Made by a program: the position numbers and the translations under genes
Part shown: positions 5,437 to 14,957 of the stretch, piece by piece
How positions within the stretch are numbered: the first letter of the stretch is position 1
How the letters are laid out: each line of letters opens with the position of its first letter
IMG/VR virus record: IMGVR_UViG_3300043409_002109
Span: 1-64,000 of that record
Length of the DNA stretch: 64,000 bases
From: a virus
Direction: 5' to 3' (one strand)
Notes under the pieces: model-generated
Told to the model about the DNA's origin: nothing
Databases searched by the model: none
Seen by the model: only the letters and a program-made list of their open reading frames with translations

Positions 5437-8400
5437 ATGGCTAGTGCCTATTCCCTATTGAAGCACGCGCTTATCCTAGATACAGAGACCCTAGGATTAA
5501 AGCGTGGTGTGCCTATTCATGAGATAGCCATATATTCTTTTGACAAGCAAGAAGCTTACGAATACTTGTTGAAGCCTCGCATGGTCGAGGTCGCGGGTAG
5601 TACCGCTCAGGATTTCACCCGGCTAGCGAGCAGCGTGAATGATGAACACTTTGCTAGAGGTTTTCCGAACTGGAGAGAGGCTATCAAGCAGGTAGCGGCT
5701 ATGCATACTGGCCAAGATGTCTCCAAGATGCAAACGGAAGAGGCTGTTAGAGCCGCGCTCAGACAAACGAATGAGTTCCTGTATAACAATTTATTCGGAG
5801 AGAACGCTCAATACGCTCACCTCTGGACGGGAGAAGTCAATCCCGCCCAGCAGGCTTTGAGGTTCCAGGCTCTTGAAAAACTTGGAATTAAGGCGACCTC
5901 AAAGGCCCAGCAGAATATTGAGGATTTATTGAAGCCCGGGGGGCTGCTCAAGGCCAATGTGGGCACTCAGGGCACTACTTTATGGATCGCTAATGCGGGG
6001 TTCGAAGGCAAGCAGCTCGGCGCACAGCTTGGCGCAATGGGGCCTGAAGCAGTCAGAGCCTTCAAATCCCAACTTGAAACAAGCGCTGCTACAGCTGATC
6101 CCCTATACGTTACTGGTGTGGAAGTTAACCAAGCTAGAGCTAAAGCTCAAATGACGGGCGACTGGACTGATGTTTGGAAGGCCTATAATAAATATGGTCC
6201 TAAAAGCGGAGAGATCGCGGTACGAGACATCCAGGACGTAACCCGTGCCATGGTTTCTTACGGTCAGAAGCTTGGCATCATCAAGCCTGGAGATCAGAAC
6301 TATGGGCATACGATTGATCTCCAGTACCGGCTCTTGGGCTCAACAGAGAAAGACCCTAAGCTCGCTTTAGAGATGTTGGGAACCAAGGAGGCCCACAGAG
6401 CCCTAGAGGATGCTAGCATTTCTGAGAAATACGTTCTTGAGCGTGGTGCGTACTTTACTCAGGCGCTACAAGAAGCTCACGAGGGAACCCCCTTGGGCTT
6501 ACAGTACTTAGAGCAAGCGAAGAAGCAGCAAGGGCCTATATTTGAGTTCGGACAATACGCGGTGCGGCGAGATGCAGTAGATCCTACGACAGAGCGTATT
6601 GCTGCGATTCAGCGGCTAGAGAGAGCCGCCATTGATTTCGAAGACGGGGGGATGAGCTGGCAGCATACCGGGTATAAGGGTATTCACCAAATGCCTCAGC
6701 AGACCCCCTCTGGAGAGGAAGTCTTTATTGCTCGGCCGAGACAAGCCAGAACTGGCTATGGTTCTATGGAAGAAGTCATTAGTAGCCTGAAGGCTGAGGG
6801 CTCTTACTCTTCCGTGGATATAGACAAAGAATGGGCTGACATGAGTGCTGCTATCAAAGCTAGGCCGAATGACCCTAGGTTAGCAATGACCGAGCATGTG
6901 TCTGCTGCCAGGGCAACCGCCGATCAATTCTTCCAGACTAATGCCAAGGCCTTGCTCGAAATGTCTCCTGAGAACACCCTGAGAAAGGTTAACAGTGTTT
7001 TCGGGGAGCGTGGGGCGAAAGTTGCAGCAGATGATCTAGTCAAGATTGCACCGAAATTCACCAAAATGATGGGCATAGCAGCCGTTGGCCTTGCCGGAGT
7101 TGGGGCTCTCTGGAGTACAAGCACCCATAGCTCCAGCTCAGACAGAAGAGGTAACTCTCTGCTCACTATGAACTATGATGAGTGGAGCATGAGCAACCCC
7201 CCTGGGCTGGCTAAGCAAGGTATCAGTCATCAGGAGCGTTCGTCCAACACAGACTTCGGCTCCCCATATCAGGGCCCGGCTACTTCTCAGAGTGTATTGA
7301 TGGACCAAGAGCTTCTCCAGGCGAGAGAGAAGTGGATGAGACAGCAGTACAGAATCTCCTCTTTCGATTCTGAAGTTGGGTTGTTCGGCGAATTTGGGGT
7401 AATGAAATATCTAAGAAGAAGCTCTTATACTTCGAACCCTTACGGGAGAGATATAAGAGACGGGGAAATGCCTGGGCTCAAAAACCGAAGGGGAATGAAG
7501 GTAATTGATGCGAACCCTACAGATTGGAAAATCTCCGTAGAGGACGCCGATACCGTGACTCTCCAGAGGAGGGGCGTTCGCTCTGCGGTTGCGAGATTCT
7601 TCGGACTAAACAGCCAAGATTATACGTTCCGACTAGAAGGAATCGACTCCACTGAAACCGCACACGGAAGCGATTCTTATCATGCTCCTCAGCCCTTCGC
7701 TGAGCAGGCTAAGATTGCATTAGAAAATATGTACAAGGGTAAGCGCCTTCAAATAGCTTACGATCCATCAAATATGACCTACGGTCGTAACGTCGGTGTC
7801 GTTTACTCTGAGGGAAAGAACTTGAACTTAGAAGAAGTGAAGAGGGGTATAGCCTCTCACCTTCCCTATGGTAAAAGAGCAGATGCCCACGCGAACTGGG
7901 ATGCATTCAGCTATGCACAGGAAAAGGCAGTAGCTTCTCAGAGAGGCATGTGGGCTACCCCTTGGGCCCAGGTCTACAATTCCTTTACAGAGTCTGCTGG
8001 AACGCAGATCACATTCGATACATTTGCTAAACCGTCGAAGATGGCTGGAAACTATACGACGATGGAACTGCTGACTGCGATGGAGCACTCTCAGGCTTTA
8101 GGGAGCGCCTCTGAAAGTTCGCTGGCTTTAGCTGCTTCGCTTGGGAAGAAATGGGATATGAGGGGAGATAACGTAAGACCTTCGATCACCTTTTCGCGTT
8201 CGCAGGCTCATCACAGTGGATACATGACCCACTTACTTGCTGACACCAACAGGTTCATGACAACCCAGGGCACAAACGAAAACCCTTACAGGACCTCGCA
8301 TACTCGCGGGGTCGGGGACCTTAACGGGTATCTGGCGCTAGACACTACCGGGTCGAATACCAGCCCGTGGGCTAGAAGAACGCTCAACGCATATGATAGA

Positions 8401-8508
8401 TACGGAACTAAAGAGGATTCTTCTCAGCGCAAGGCTAAGATGGCTATGATGCAAAGACAAGTTAATCAGCAATTCGGAGTGTCCCCAATCGGACACCATA
8501 GGATGTAA
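5437..8508 (+). CDS. Multidomain nuclease: N-terminal DEDDh 3'-5' exonuclease-like domain, central TM segment, C-terminal thermonuclease (SNase) domain
   Basis: ILDTETLGL (ExoI), ANAGFE (ExoII-like), HRALED (ExoIII); MMGIAAVGLAGVGALW; VEDADT, RLEGIDSTE, QPFAEQAK, YGRNVG, QRGMW match the SNase pattern. Confidence 0.8.
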   Translation: MASAYSLLKHALILDTETLGLKRGVPIHEIAIYSFDKQEAYEYLLKPRMVEVAGSTAQDFTRLASSVNDEHFARGFPNWREAIKQVAAMHTGQDVSKMQTEEAVRAALRQTNEFLYNNLFGENAQYAHLWTGEVNPAQQALRFQALEKLGIKATSKAQQNIEDLLKPGGLLKANVGTQGTTLWIANAGFEGKQLGAQLGAMGPEAVRAFKSQLETSAATADPLYVTGVEVNQARAKAQMTGDWTDVWKAYNKYGPKSGEIAVRDIQDVTRAMVSYGQKLGIIKPGDQNYGHTIDLQYRLLGSTEKDPKLALEMLGTKEAHRALEDASISEKYVLERGAYFTQALQEAHEGTPLGLQYLEQAKKQQGPIFEFGQYAVRRDAVDPTTERIAAIQRLERAAIDFEDGGMSWQHTGYKGIHQMPQQTPSGEEVFIARPRQARTGYGSMEEVISSLKAEGSYSSVDIDKEWADMSAAIKARPNDPRLAMTEHVSAARATADQFFQTNAKALLEMSPENTLRKVNSVFGERGAKVAADDLVKIAPKFTKMMGIAAVGLAGVGALWSTSTHSSSSDRRGNSLLTMNYDEWSMSNPPGLAKQGISHQERSSNTDFGSPYQGPATSQSVLMDQELLQAREKWMRQQYRISSFDSEVGLFGEFGVMKYLRRSSYTSNPYGRDIRDGEMPGLKNRRGMKVIDANPTDWKISVEDADTVTLQRRGVRSAVARFFGLNSQDYTFRLEGIDSTETAHGSDSYHAPQPFAEQAKIALENMYKGKRLQIAYDPSNMTYGRNVGVVYSEGKNLNLEEVKRGIASHLPYGKRADAHANWDAFSYAQEKAVASQRGMWATPWAQVYNSFTESAGTQITFDTFAKPSKMAGNYTTMELLTAMEHSQALGSASESSLALAASLGKKWDMRGDNVRPSITFSRSQAHHSGYMTHLLADTNRFMTTQGTNENPYRTSHTRGVGDLNGYLALDTTGSNTSPWARRTLNAYDRYGTKEDSSQRKAKMAMMQRQVNQQFGVSPIGHHRM

Positions 8509-8510
8509 TT

Positions 8511-9479
8511 ATGTTAGACAGCCTTTTACAATACATACACCAAGGTGCACATCACTCAACTGGAGCTTATCCAATTGGGAACACCCTAGATGGACATACT
8601 GTCTATGAGCATTTCGGGTTGCGTTACGACATGAAGGGACGGACAGGGAATACCTGGGGTAAAGCTGGCATGGGAGGGCTAACTGGTGCCTTGATGGGAG
8701 GTGTTGGGGCTGCAGTCATGGGCGGCAGCTGGGGAGATATAGGCACTGCAAGCGCAACTGCAGGTTTCGTCGGCGCCACGATGGGTGGGATAGAAAAACT
8801 AAGACAGGGAGGCAAAATCGGAGGCAACGCCTCCTGGATGGGCGCTTTAGGCGCTGTTCCTGTTGTGGGCATGAGTGGTTATTTTATTTATCAGGGCTAC
8901 AAAGAGAACGGTTTGACTGGAGCCCGAGATGCAGCAGTTTGGGATATCGCAACTAACGCTGCGGTTCGCAAATTCGGCTACAAGCAACTTGCTCATGGTG
9001 AGTTGGCTATTGGCGCTACGAAGAATGCGATAGTTTCGAAAGGGCTCCTTTCTCATGGCGTTAGATTCCTAGGGGCGGGTATTGGAGCCCAGATTGGTCA
9101 ATCTATAGGTGATAGCATCGGCCTTCCAGGCGCAAGTATAGCCGGGGCATTTGCTGGAGCTTTCGTTGGGGCCGCACCTGTGAAGTTCATGGCGAGCCAC
9201 CCCTTCATAGCAGCGGGTGCGATGGCAGTCGGCGGCCTTGCCGCTACTGGATATGGTGCTTATGAGGTATTAAAGATGGGATACGCCCAGAAGCAATCTC
9301 GAAAAGGGATTCAGACAGCTGGAGATTTAGCTGCATTTAATACCATGGGAGCGAATACAATGAGGTCACGAGCTGTACAGGCTATTCAGAAGAGCCATAC
9401 TAATGCGCGCCAAGCGCTCGGTATGGAAGCAAATTTCTTAGCATATCCTTCTCGAAGCTATCATTCTCCATATCGCTAG
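8511..9479 (+). CDS. Gly/Ala-rich multi-pass hydrophobic protein (glycine-zipper-like), probable virion/ejection protein
   Basis: Several GxxxG hydrophobic stretches; basic helical C-terminus. Confidence 0.65.
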   Translation: MLDSLLQYIHQGAHHSTGAYPIGNTLDGHTVYEHFGLRYDMKGRTGNTWGKAGMGGLTGALMGGVGAAVMGGSWGDIGTASATAGFVGATMGGIEKLRQGGKIGGNASWMGALGAVPVVGMSGYFIYQGYKENGLTGARDAAVWDIATNAAVRKFGYKQLAHGELAIGATKNAIVSKGLLSHGVRFLGAGIGAQIGQSIGDSIGLPGASIAGAFAGAFVGAAPVKFMASHPFIAAGAMAVGGLAATGYGAYEVLKMGYAQKQSRKGIQTAGDLAAFNTMGANTMRSRAVQAIQKSHTNARQALGMEANFLAYPSRSYHSPYR

Positions 9480-9512
9480 TGATATGATTCTTTTGCATGA
9501 CTAGGAGTAAGT

Positions 9513-10259
9513 ATGACCAAGAATAAAAAAGTAGAACTTGTGCTTGGGCAAAAGTTTGGGGAGTGGACTGTGGTCTCACAAAGGGAGAGGTCACACTGGC
9601 TATGCCTATGCTCCTGTGGCCGGGAGCAAGAAGTCTACGTGTCCACTCTGACTCAGGGTAGATCGACTCGTTGCGGGCAGTGTCGGTTTGCTCGGCCTTT
9701 TCTGAAGGACCGTACTGGAGAACGGATTGGATCCCTAATCGTACTCAGTTATCATAGTGAGCATTTGAGTCGCCGAGGTTCCCTGGCTCATCATTGGCTC
9801 TGTAAATGTGATTGTGGTGAACATGCTATTGTCCGTGTAGATAACCTAAATGCTAAGGGTCGCGCTATGAAAACTTGTGGTTGCGGTAGGGCTGGTGAAA
9901 ACAGCTATGGCTGGAAAGGTGCGGGTCAATTAACCGGTGAGAAGTGGGGGCAGATACTAAGAGCCGCTAAGAGCCGTAATATTCCGGTTCTAATGTCTAA
10001 AGAAGACGCTTGGGATCTTTTTCAGAAGCAGAAAGGTATTTGCGCTCTGACAGGATGGCCGCTGACTCTTTATTCAAAGAGTCGTTCGGCATCAAGGGAT
10101 GCAGACGCTTCCCTTGATCGAATCGATTCTTCTCTCGGCTATATAGAGGGCAATGTCCAATGGGTTCACAAATGGGCGAATCAAGCCAAGAATGATTTGA
10201 CTATGGAAGAATTTGTTAACATGTGCCGCGCTATCGCCGGAGTAGCGGATGGATTTTAG
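9513..10259 (+). CDS. Free-standing HNH-type (putative homing) endonuclease
   Basis: Two repeats of G..(F/I)G...V...WLCxCxCG plus C-terminal CALTG...SLDRIDSSLGYIEGNVQWVHKWANQAK; AGGAG RBS; TG-A-TATGAT extended -10 at 9480-9488. Confidence 0.85.
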   Translation: MTKNKKVELVLGQKFGEWTVVSQRERSHWLCLCSCGREQEVYVSTLTQGRSTRCGQCRFARPFLKDRTGERIGSLIVLSYHSEHLSRRGSLAHHWLCKCDCGEHAIVRVDNLNAKGRAMKTCGCGRAGENSYGWKGAGQLTGEKWGQILRAAKSRNIPVLMSKEDAWDLFQKQKGICALTGWPLTLYSKSRSASRDADASLDRIDSSLGYIEGNVQWVHKWANQAKNDLTMEEFVNMCRAIAGVADGF

Positions 10260-10647
10260 TAAGCGACTGTCATGTTTGAATAAAGTTCTCTCCCTGAGAG
10301 AGAGTGGGCAAAGCGTTGTTGTCTGTGGCACTGGCTTCTTCTATGCAGTCTTTAGGGAATACCTTTTACAGGAAGTCTTAGAGCGACTAGATACCTCAAT
10401 AGAGGAAATTCAGTGGGAGGATGCTACTCAGATAAGCTTTGCCAATGGCGCTAGTCTTATTCTCTTCGATGTGGAGAAAGAGAATGAGCTGGAAGCTTTT
10501 GTTAAGCTGAGTGATAACTGTGATATGGACCTTATGCTCCTATTCGAACCACAATTGGGATTTCTCAAAGAACAATATAATACGAGGCTTCTTCCTATCA
10601 TACTGGAAAAACCAAAATGTAGAATTCAGATAGTGAGAGGCGGCTAA
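10249..10647 (+). CDS. Truncated, degenerate terminase-ATPase-like protein
   Basis: ISFANGASLILF / DLMLLFE / LLPII are colinear with TerL MEFSNGAKISGF / DIIYLDE / VLPIM; no Walker A. Confidence 0.55.
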   Translation: MDFSKRLSCLNKVLSLRESGQSVVVCGTGFFYAVFREYLLQEVLERLDTSIEEIQWEDATQISFANGASLILFDVEKENELEAFVKLSDNCDMDLMLLFEPQLGFLKEQYNTRLLPIILEKPKCRIQIVRGG

Positions 10648-12908
10648 TGGCAGAGAAGATTGACTTAAAGAGCATTGAGAAGAAGCTCTATACTACGAAT
10701 GAATATAGTGTTAGGTATCAGGACTCTGATGCAAGACTCTCAGAGGAGGAGGTCGCCTATCTTGGTAAGGTTCATAATGTCAGAACAGATGTACACAGAA
10801 CCTGTATCAACTGTCAGGCGCGGCAGGTTATCAAGTATGAGAGGGCTGTAGACAAGGAAGGTAAATCTCAGAAAGATTTCCGAGTGCCTTGCAGCTATAT
10901 TGCCAGAGCATTACCTCCAGGATCTGCGGGGATCATTGATAACCTGATGGCGGATAAAGGTATAAGCCGAGAGCGTGCCACACTTGTTTTACGCGCGACT
11001 CAAGACCCTGTAGCATGGGCTGAGCTTATGTTTGGGTTTGACGATGCGACCAAGGGCACTCAATCAGAATGGTATCTTCGAAATTACCAGAAGGAGCAAT
11101 TGAGGTGTTCTTCAAGGCGCATTGTTATTCGTGAAGGCCGTCGTAGTGGCAAGAGCTTTATCATAGCTTTAAAGCTTATTTATCTGGCCTTTACTCAGAG
11201 GATACTTAGAGGTGCGAGCGATGGAACAGAGCGGTCTACGGGGCCTCAGATACTTATCATCACTCCATATCAGGCTCAGGTTACGAACATCTTTGAGGAG
11301 ATAGAGAGCTTATTAACGCGCTCTCCAGATTTAGCCAAGGAGATAACTTCTGGAACCAACGGCAACCTTTATGTGAAGACACCATTCCTCCGGATGGAGT
11401 TTTCTAATGGTGCAAAGATCAGCGGATTCGTTTCAGGTGTTGGAACCAAGACTGACGGCAGCGCTGGTGGTACTCTGCGAGGTCAGTCGGCTGACATCAT
11501 CTATCTTGATGAAATGGATATGATTCCAGATGAAGTCTTGCAGAAGGTAGTCCTTCCGATCATGGCCACCCGTAGCGGCACCTCAATGATTGCTACTAGT
11601 ACTCCTATAGGTAAAAGAAGTACATTTTACAAATGGTGTTTATCGGATGCGACTTTCAAAGAGGACCACTTACCATCCACTGTTCTTCCTCAATGGAATG
11701 AAATCAAAGACCTCCTTATAGGAGACTCAACTGCTGAATCTTTCGCTGCCGAGTATATGGCCACCTTTATAGAAGGTGGCTTCGGCGTATTCAAGCCCAC
11801 ATTGGTGTGGGAGGCCCGTCAAGACTACTCTTATGACAATACTATTAACCAGGCATATCTTAAAACGAAACTTGGAGTTCAACGCCCCGAATATATGCTC
11901 AAGTGTATAGGTATCGACTGGAACAAAAACGCAGGCTCTGAGTTCTATGTTGTGGGATTCGATATAGATAAGGGCCAATGGATCGGCTTGGAGGCTACTA
12001 ATGTGAGCGCTTCGGAGTTCTCTTCTATTCGATGGAAAGAAGAAGTCATCCGCCTAAACTATAAATGGAAGCCAGACTTTATCTATGCTGACGAGGGATA
12101 TGGGCACACCATCATAGAGGATCTTAAGCTTATGGCCCATAAGGTGAGAGCCGCGCCTAAGCCTACACTACAGCATGTAGAAACCGCTAAATTGGTAGAT
12201 AGACTGGTTTCCTTCAACTTCTCTTCGAAGGTGGAACTGAGATCACCTATAGATGGAACTATTATTACTAAGAGCGGTAAAGATTTCTTGGTTGAGAATG
12301 CTATTCGAGCTTTTGAAGACCAGAAGATATGTTTCCCCGTAGGGGATGAGCAGTTACGCAAGGAGCTGATGAACTACGTGGTCTTACGGCGCACACCCAC
12401 TACCAACAGGCCTATCTATGGGGCAGAGAATGCAAATATAGGGGATCACAGACTCGATGCATTTATGCTAGCTGTAGGTGGGTTGTACTTAGAGCACTCA
12501 GAATATAGTGCTTCTAATATGGCGGCGGGGAAGCCCGGAATGCTCTCTAAAGAAGTTCTTGAAGCCAGAATCCCAGTCACTGAAGCTGGCGGGGTCGAGA
12601 CCATTCATGGGCTGAAGAGGGCGACTAAGGTTGGAAATGCCGCTATGATTATTGAGAGAGAATATGGTGGGGGGGATGGGAGTCCTGGCCTAGGCCCTTC
12701 AAGGCAGAATAGAGTCACTAGGAGAGGGGCAGGCGGGCCAGATACTTCCGTCTTTGATCATTACAAAGAGCTGAAAAGCAATAAGGGCATATCTACTGAT
12801 GAGCAGTACTTGAATGAACCGCTGAGTAAGCCTATGATAGGTGAAAGAAGAAGCCGTCCCTCGGCAAGGTCGTCAGGGGACTCTAGACGCAATTGGGTAA
12901 GGAGATAA
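10647..12908 (+). CDS. terL: Terminase large subunit
   Basis: Q-motif LRNYQ, Walker A GRRSGKS, Walker B IIYLDE, motif C ATSTP, RNase H-like nuclease IGIDWN ... GDHRLDA. Confidence 0.95.
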   Translation: MAEKIDLKSIEKKLYTTNEYSVRYQDSDARLSEEEVAYLGKVHNVRTDVHRTCINCQARQVIKYERAVDKEGKSQKDFRVPCSYIARALPPGSAGIIDNLMADKGISRERATLVLRATQDPVAWAELMFGFDDATKGTQSEWYLRNYQKEQLRCSSRRIVIREGRRSGKSFIIALKLIYLAFTQRILRGASDGTERSTGPQILIITPYQAQVTNIFEEIESLLTRSPDLAKEITSGTNGNLYVKTPFLRMEFSNGAKISGFVSGVGTKTDGSAGGTLRGQSADIIYLDEMDMIPDEVLQKVVLPIMATRSGTSMIATSTPIGKRSTFYKWCLSDATFKEDHLPSTVLPQWNEIKDLLIGDSTAESFAAEYMATFIEGGFGVFKPTLVWEARQDYSYDNTINQAYLKTKLGVQRPEYMLKCIGIDWNKNAGSEFYVVGFDIDKGQWIGLEATNVSASEFSSIRWKEEVIRLNYKWKPDFIYADEGYGHTIIEDLKLMAHKVRAAPKPTLQHVETAKLVDRLVSFNFSSKVELRSPIDGTIITKSGKDFLVENAIRAFEDQKICFPVGDEQLRKELMNYVVLRRTPTTNRPIYGAENANIGDHRLDAFMLAVGGLYLEHSEYSASNMAAGKPGMLSKEVLEARIPVTEAGGVETIHGLKRATKVGNAAMIIEREYGGGDGSPGLGPSRQNRVTRRGAGGPDTSVFDHYKELKSNKGISTDEQYLNEPLSKPMIGERRSRPSARSSGDSRRNWVRR

Positions 12909-12911
12909 TTT

Positions 12912-13718
12912 ATGCCGAGTTTACTAAATAGGGCCCTCGCTAAACGAGTCATGGGCCGCGGGGAGGGAGCGCTAGAAAGTATTATCTATTCTCGGAGTAA
13001 GGTCTCTCGCGCGCTTTTAGAGGACAATCCTAGTTGGGGGGCAGACATTCTTGGCCTCTCCCATAATAACCGATATCAGACAGCTGGAGGAGGCGGAGGC
13101 TTCACGAGAGGAAATGAGGCATGGGGCGAAGTGGTTTCCTCTCAAAGAGAAGCTGTTAAGACTCCAAAATTCTCTGGAGGCAAGGGGTCCTATAAGAATC
13201 CGACTACTGGTGTACGTTTACCAGGACGCAGCGCGGCCTATGCTTCGCCACCCCCCCCGGCTGCTCCTGTTCCGAAGGTGAGCGCCTCAACGAATCCTAT
13301 AAAAGCTGTCGCCTCTACTGGGAAACCCTTTGGCTGGGCGCCCGCTCTAGGTGGTGGCTTTCTTGCTGGCGGCTTTACATCAACCTTTATGGCTGCCCCT
13401 GAAGATCGCGGAGTTGGAACCTTTGTTAAAGGCGGATTGTTCGGTATGGCCGGAGGAACAAGTATGAATTATTTAATGGGAAGCGGGGTCCTCGGGAAAG
13501 GCACTGCCATGGCTAGGGCCATAGCAGTAAATGGCGGGCATAGCACGGCTTCCTCGTGGGCAGGAAGCGCCCACCAAATGGCCCGGATGGCGCAATCTAA
13601 AGAGTCCCGAGCAATGGCCTTCGGAGCAGGAGCAATGCTTGCTGGCGGCCTGGCCGGTTCGGGTCGCTCTAAGGCTCATGGTATAAATGGTAATCGCGGC
13701 AATAGGTTTGGTGGATAA
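12912..13718 (+). CDS. Basic, Gly-rich hydrophobic protein, probable virion protein
   Basis: GGAG RBS; Pro-rich linker then several Gly-rich hydrophobic segments. Confidence 0.65.
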   Translation: MPSLLNRALAKRVMGRGEGALESIIYSRSKVSRALLEDNPSWGADILGLSHNNRYQTAGGGGGFTRGNEAWGEVVSSQREAVKTPKFSGGKGSYKNPTTGVRLPGRSAAYASPPPPAAPVPKVSASTNPIKAVASTGKPFGWAPALGGGFLAGGFTSTFMAAPEDRGVGTFVKGGLFGMAGGTSMNYLMGSGVLGKGTAMARAIAVNGGHSTASSWAGSAHQMARMAQSKESRAMAFGAGAMLAGGLAGSGRSKAHGINGNRGNRFGG

Positions 13719-14155
13719 TGGGTTTATCTTTTTATGATGCAAATGAAATACTTTTAGATGGCTCCAACCCCCTGCGCACGTTCCACGACGGCAGGCTTGG
13801 GGGTTCGTTTGAACAGCTTATTTATATTTCCAATGACGATCCAACACTCTATTATACTGGGCTTGAGATACTCTTAGTTAGTGCCGGCGGGTATGACGAG
13901 GAGGGGGAATATGGCTCTTCAGGTTGGAGCTTTAAGTTTCACTACGGAGAACGCCAGCCGACAGAAGCTGAATGGGATACTGTAAGATCAGGGACTACCG
14001 TTGCATTGCCCGATCTTGGCACAACCGATCTCGCTGATACATCTACGTACTTGCCTGTGTGGATAAGAACTTATGTTCCTGGTAGTATAAGTGCGCAATA
14101 CCGCACTGGATACACAATTAAAATTAACGGGTTCCCGACACTCGTAGGCAGCTAA
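13718..14155 (+). CDS. Acidic hypothetical structural protein
   Basis: TAATG-coupled on both sides within the head module. Confidence 0.7.
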   Translation: MGLSFYDANEILLDGSNPLRTFHDGRLGGSFEQLIYISNDDPTLYYTGLEILLVSAGGYDEEGEYGSSGWSFKFHYGERQPTEAEWDTVRSGTTVALPDLGTTDLADTSTYLPVWIRTYVPGSISAQYRTGYTIKINGFPTLVGS

Positions 14156-14655
14156 TGGCGCAGAAACTTCCAATTGATCTTCTCTCTGGTTTATATAAAC
14201 CAGAGTATGAGCCTACTATTGAAACTCTCAATGAAGCAGAGTTCGATCCTGAGGCTATTGCTGAGGCTCTCGAAAAAGAGATAGCCCAGAAGATCGCAGA
14301 AACATCCGCTTCTATTCGGAGTGGAACTGCAACCCATTCCAAGAAGCTAACAGAATTTGAATCTGAAGCATTAGATGCCTATACAGAGGCGTTAGGGAAT
14401 GAACTTGACCACACGCGCTCGCGGATTAATAAGTTTAAGGACTATATTAACGATCAAGTTCGGGCTAGCAGTGGGGAGCTATCCTTTACTATGAATATTC
14501 AGAGAAAGCCCTTGCTTAAGAGAGCTATCATAAATGTTTTCGGGAAGAAGACGGCCTCGATCACGTACTCGATGTACCTCGAAGCAAGAAAGGCCAAGAA
14601 AGAAATTGAGGAGCGGCAATCTGACGAGTATCTAAAGGCAGACTGGGAGGAATAA
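14155..14655 (+). CDS. Hypothetical helical protein
   Basis: Coupled ORF in the operon. Confidence 0.7.
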   Translation: MAQKLPIDLLSGLYKPEYEPTIETLNEAEFDPEAIAEALEKEIAQKIAETSASIRSGTATHSKKLTEFESEALDAYTEALGNELDHTRSRINKFKDYINDQVRASSGELSFTMNIQRKPLLKRAIINVFGKKTASITYSMYLEARKAKKEIEERQSDEYLKADWEE

Positions 14656-14957
14656 TGTCAGGGTATCTAGCAGAAAGCGCTCAGGGGAAAGACACTAGTG
14701 CGGGCTCCGCGAAGAGAATGGAGGAGCACTATGAAAGACTCTTCCCTAAGATTGGAAGAGATTTCGTTAGCAAGAGAGACTTCCTAAACATTATGCAAAA
14801 AGTTCTTTGGCTCCTTGAGAAGCCCGAAGCTTTTATGATCGATTTAGAGGAAGATAGTGAGGCCCGAAGTCTTGCAGGCCAATACAAAGAGCTTTTAGAT
14901 AGCGGCAAAGATGGAACAAAGATATATACTGATCTTATCAATTTGGATGATGAATAA
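14655..14957 (+). CDS. Hypothetical protein
   Basis: GGAGG RBS; coupled ORF. Confidence 0.7.
   Translation: MSGYLAESAQGKDTSAGSAKRMEEHYERLFPKIGRDFVSKRDFLNIMQKVLWLLEKPEAFMIDLEEDSEARSLAGQYKELLDSGKDGTKIYTDLINLDDE

Noticed and set aside
10647-12908. Intein or intron in terL
   Set aside because: ATPase and nuclease motifs are contiguous; no C/S...HN splice motifs or LAGLIDADG blocks seen; the extra length is in terminal extensions.
13251-13258. C8 homopolymer as a phase-variation site
   Set aside because: It encodes a poly-Pro linker in an intact ORF; no evidence of variation from a single sequence.
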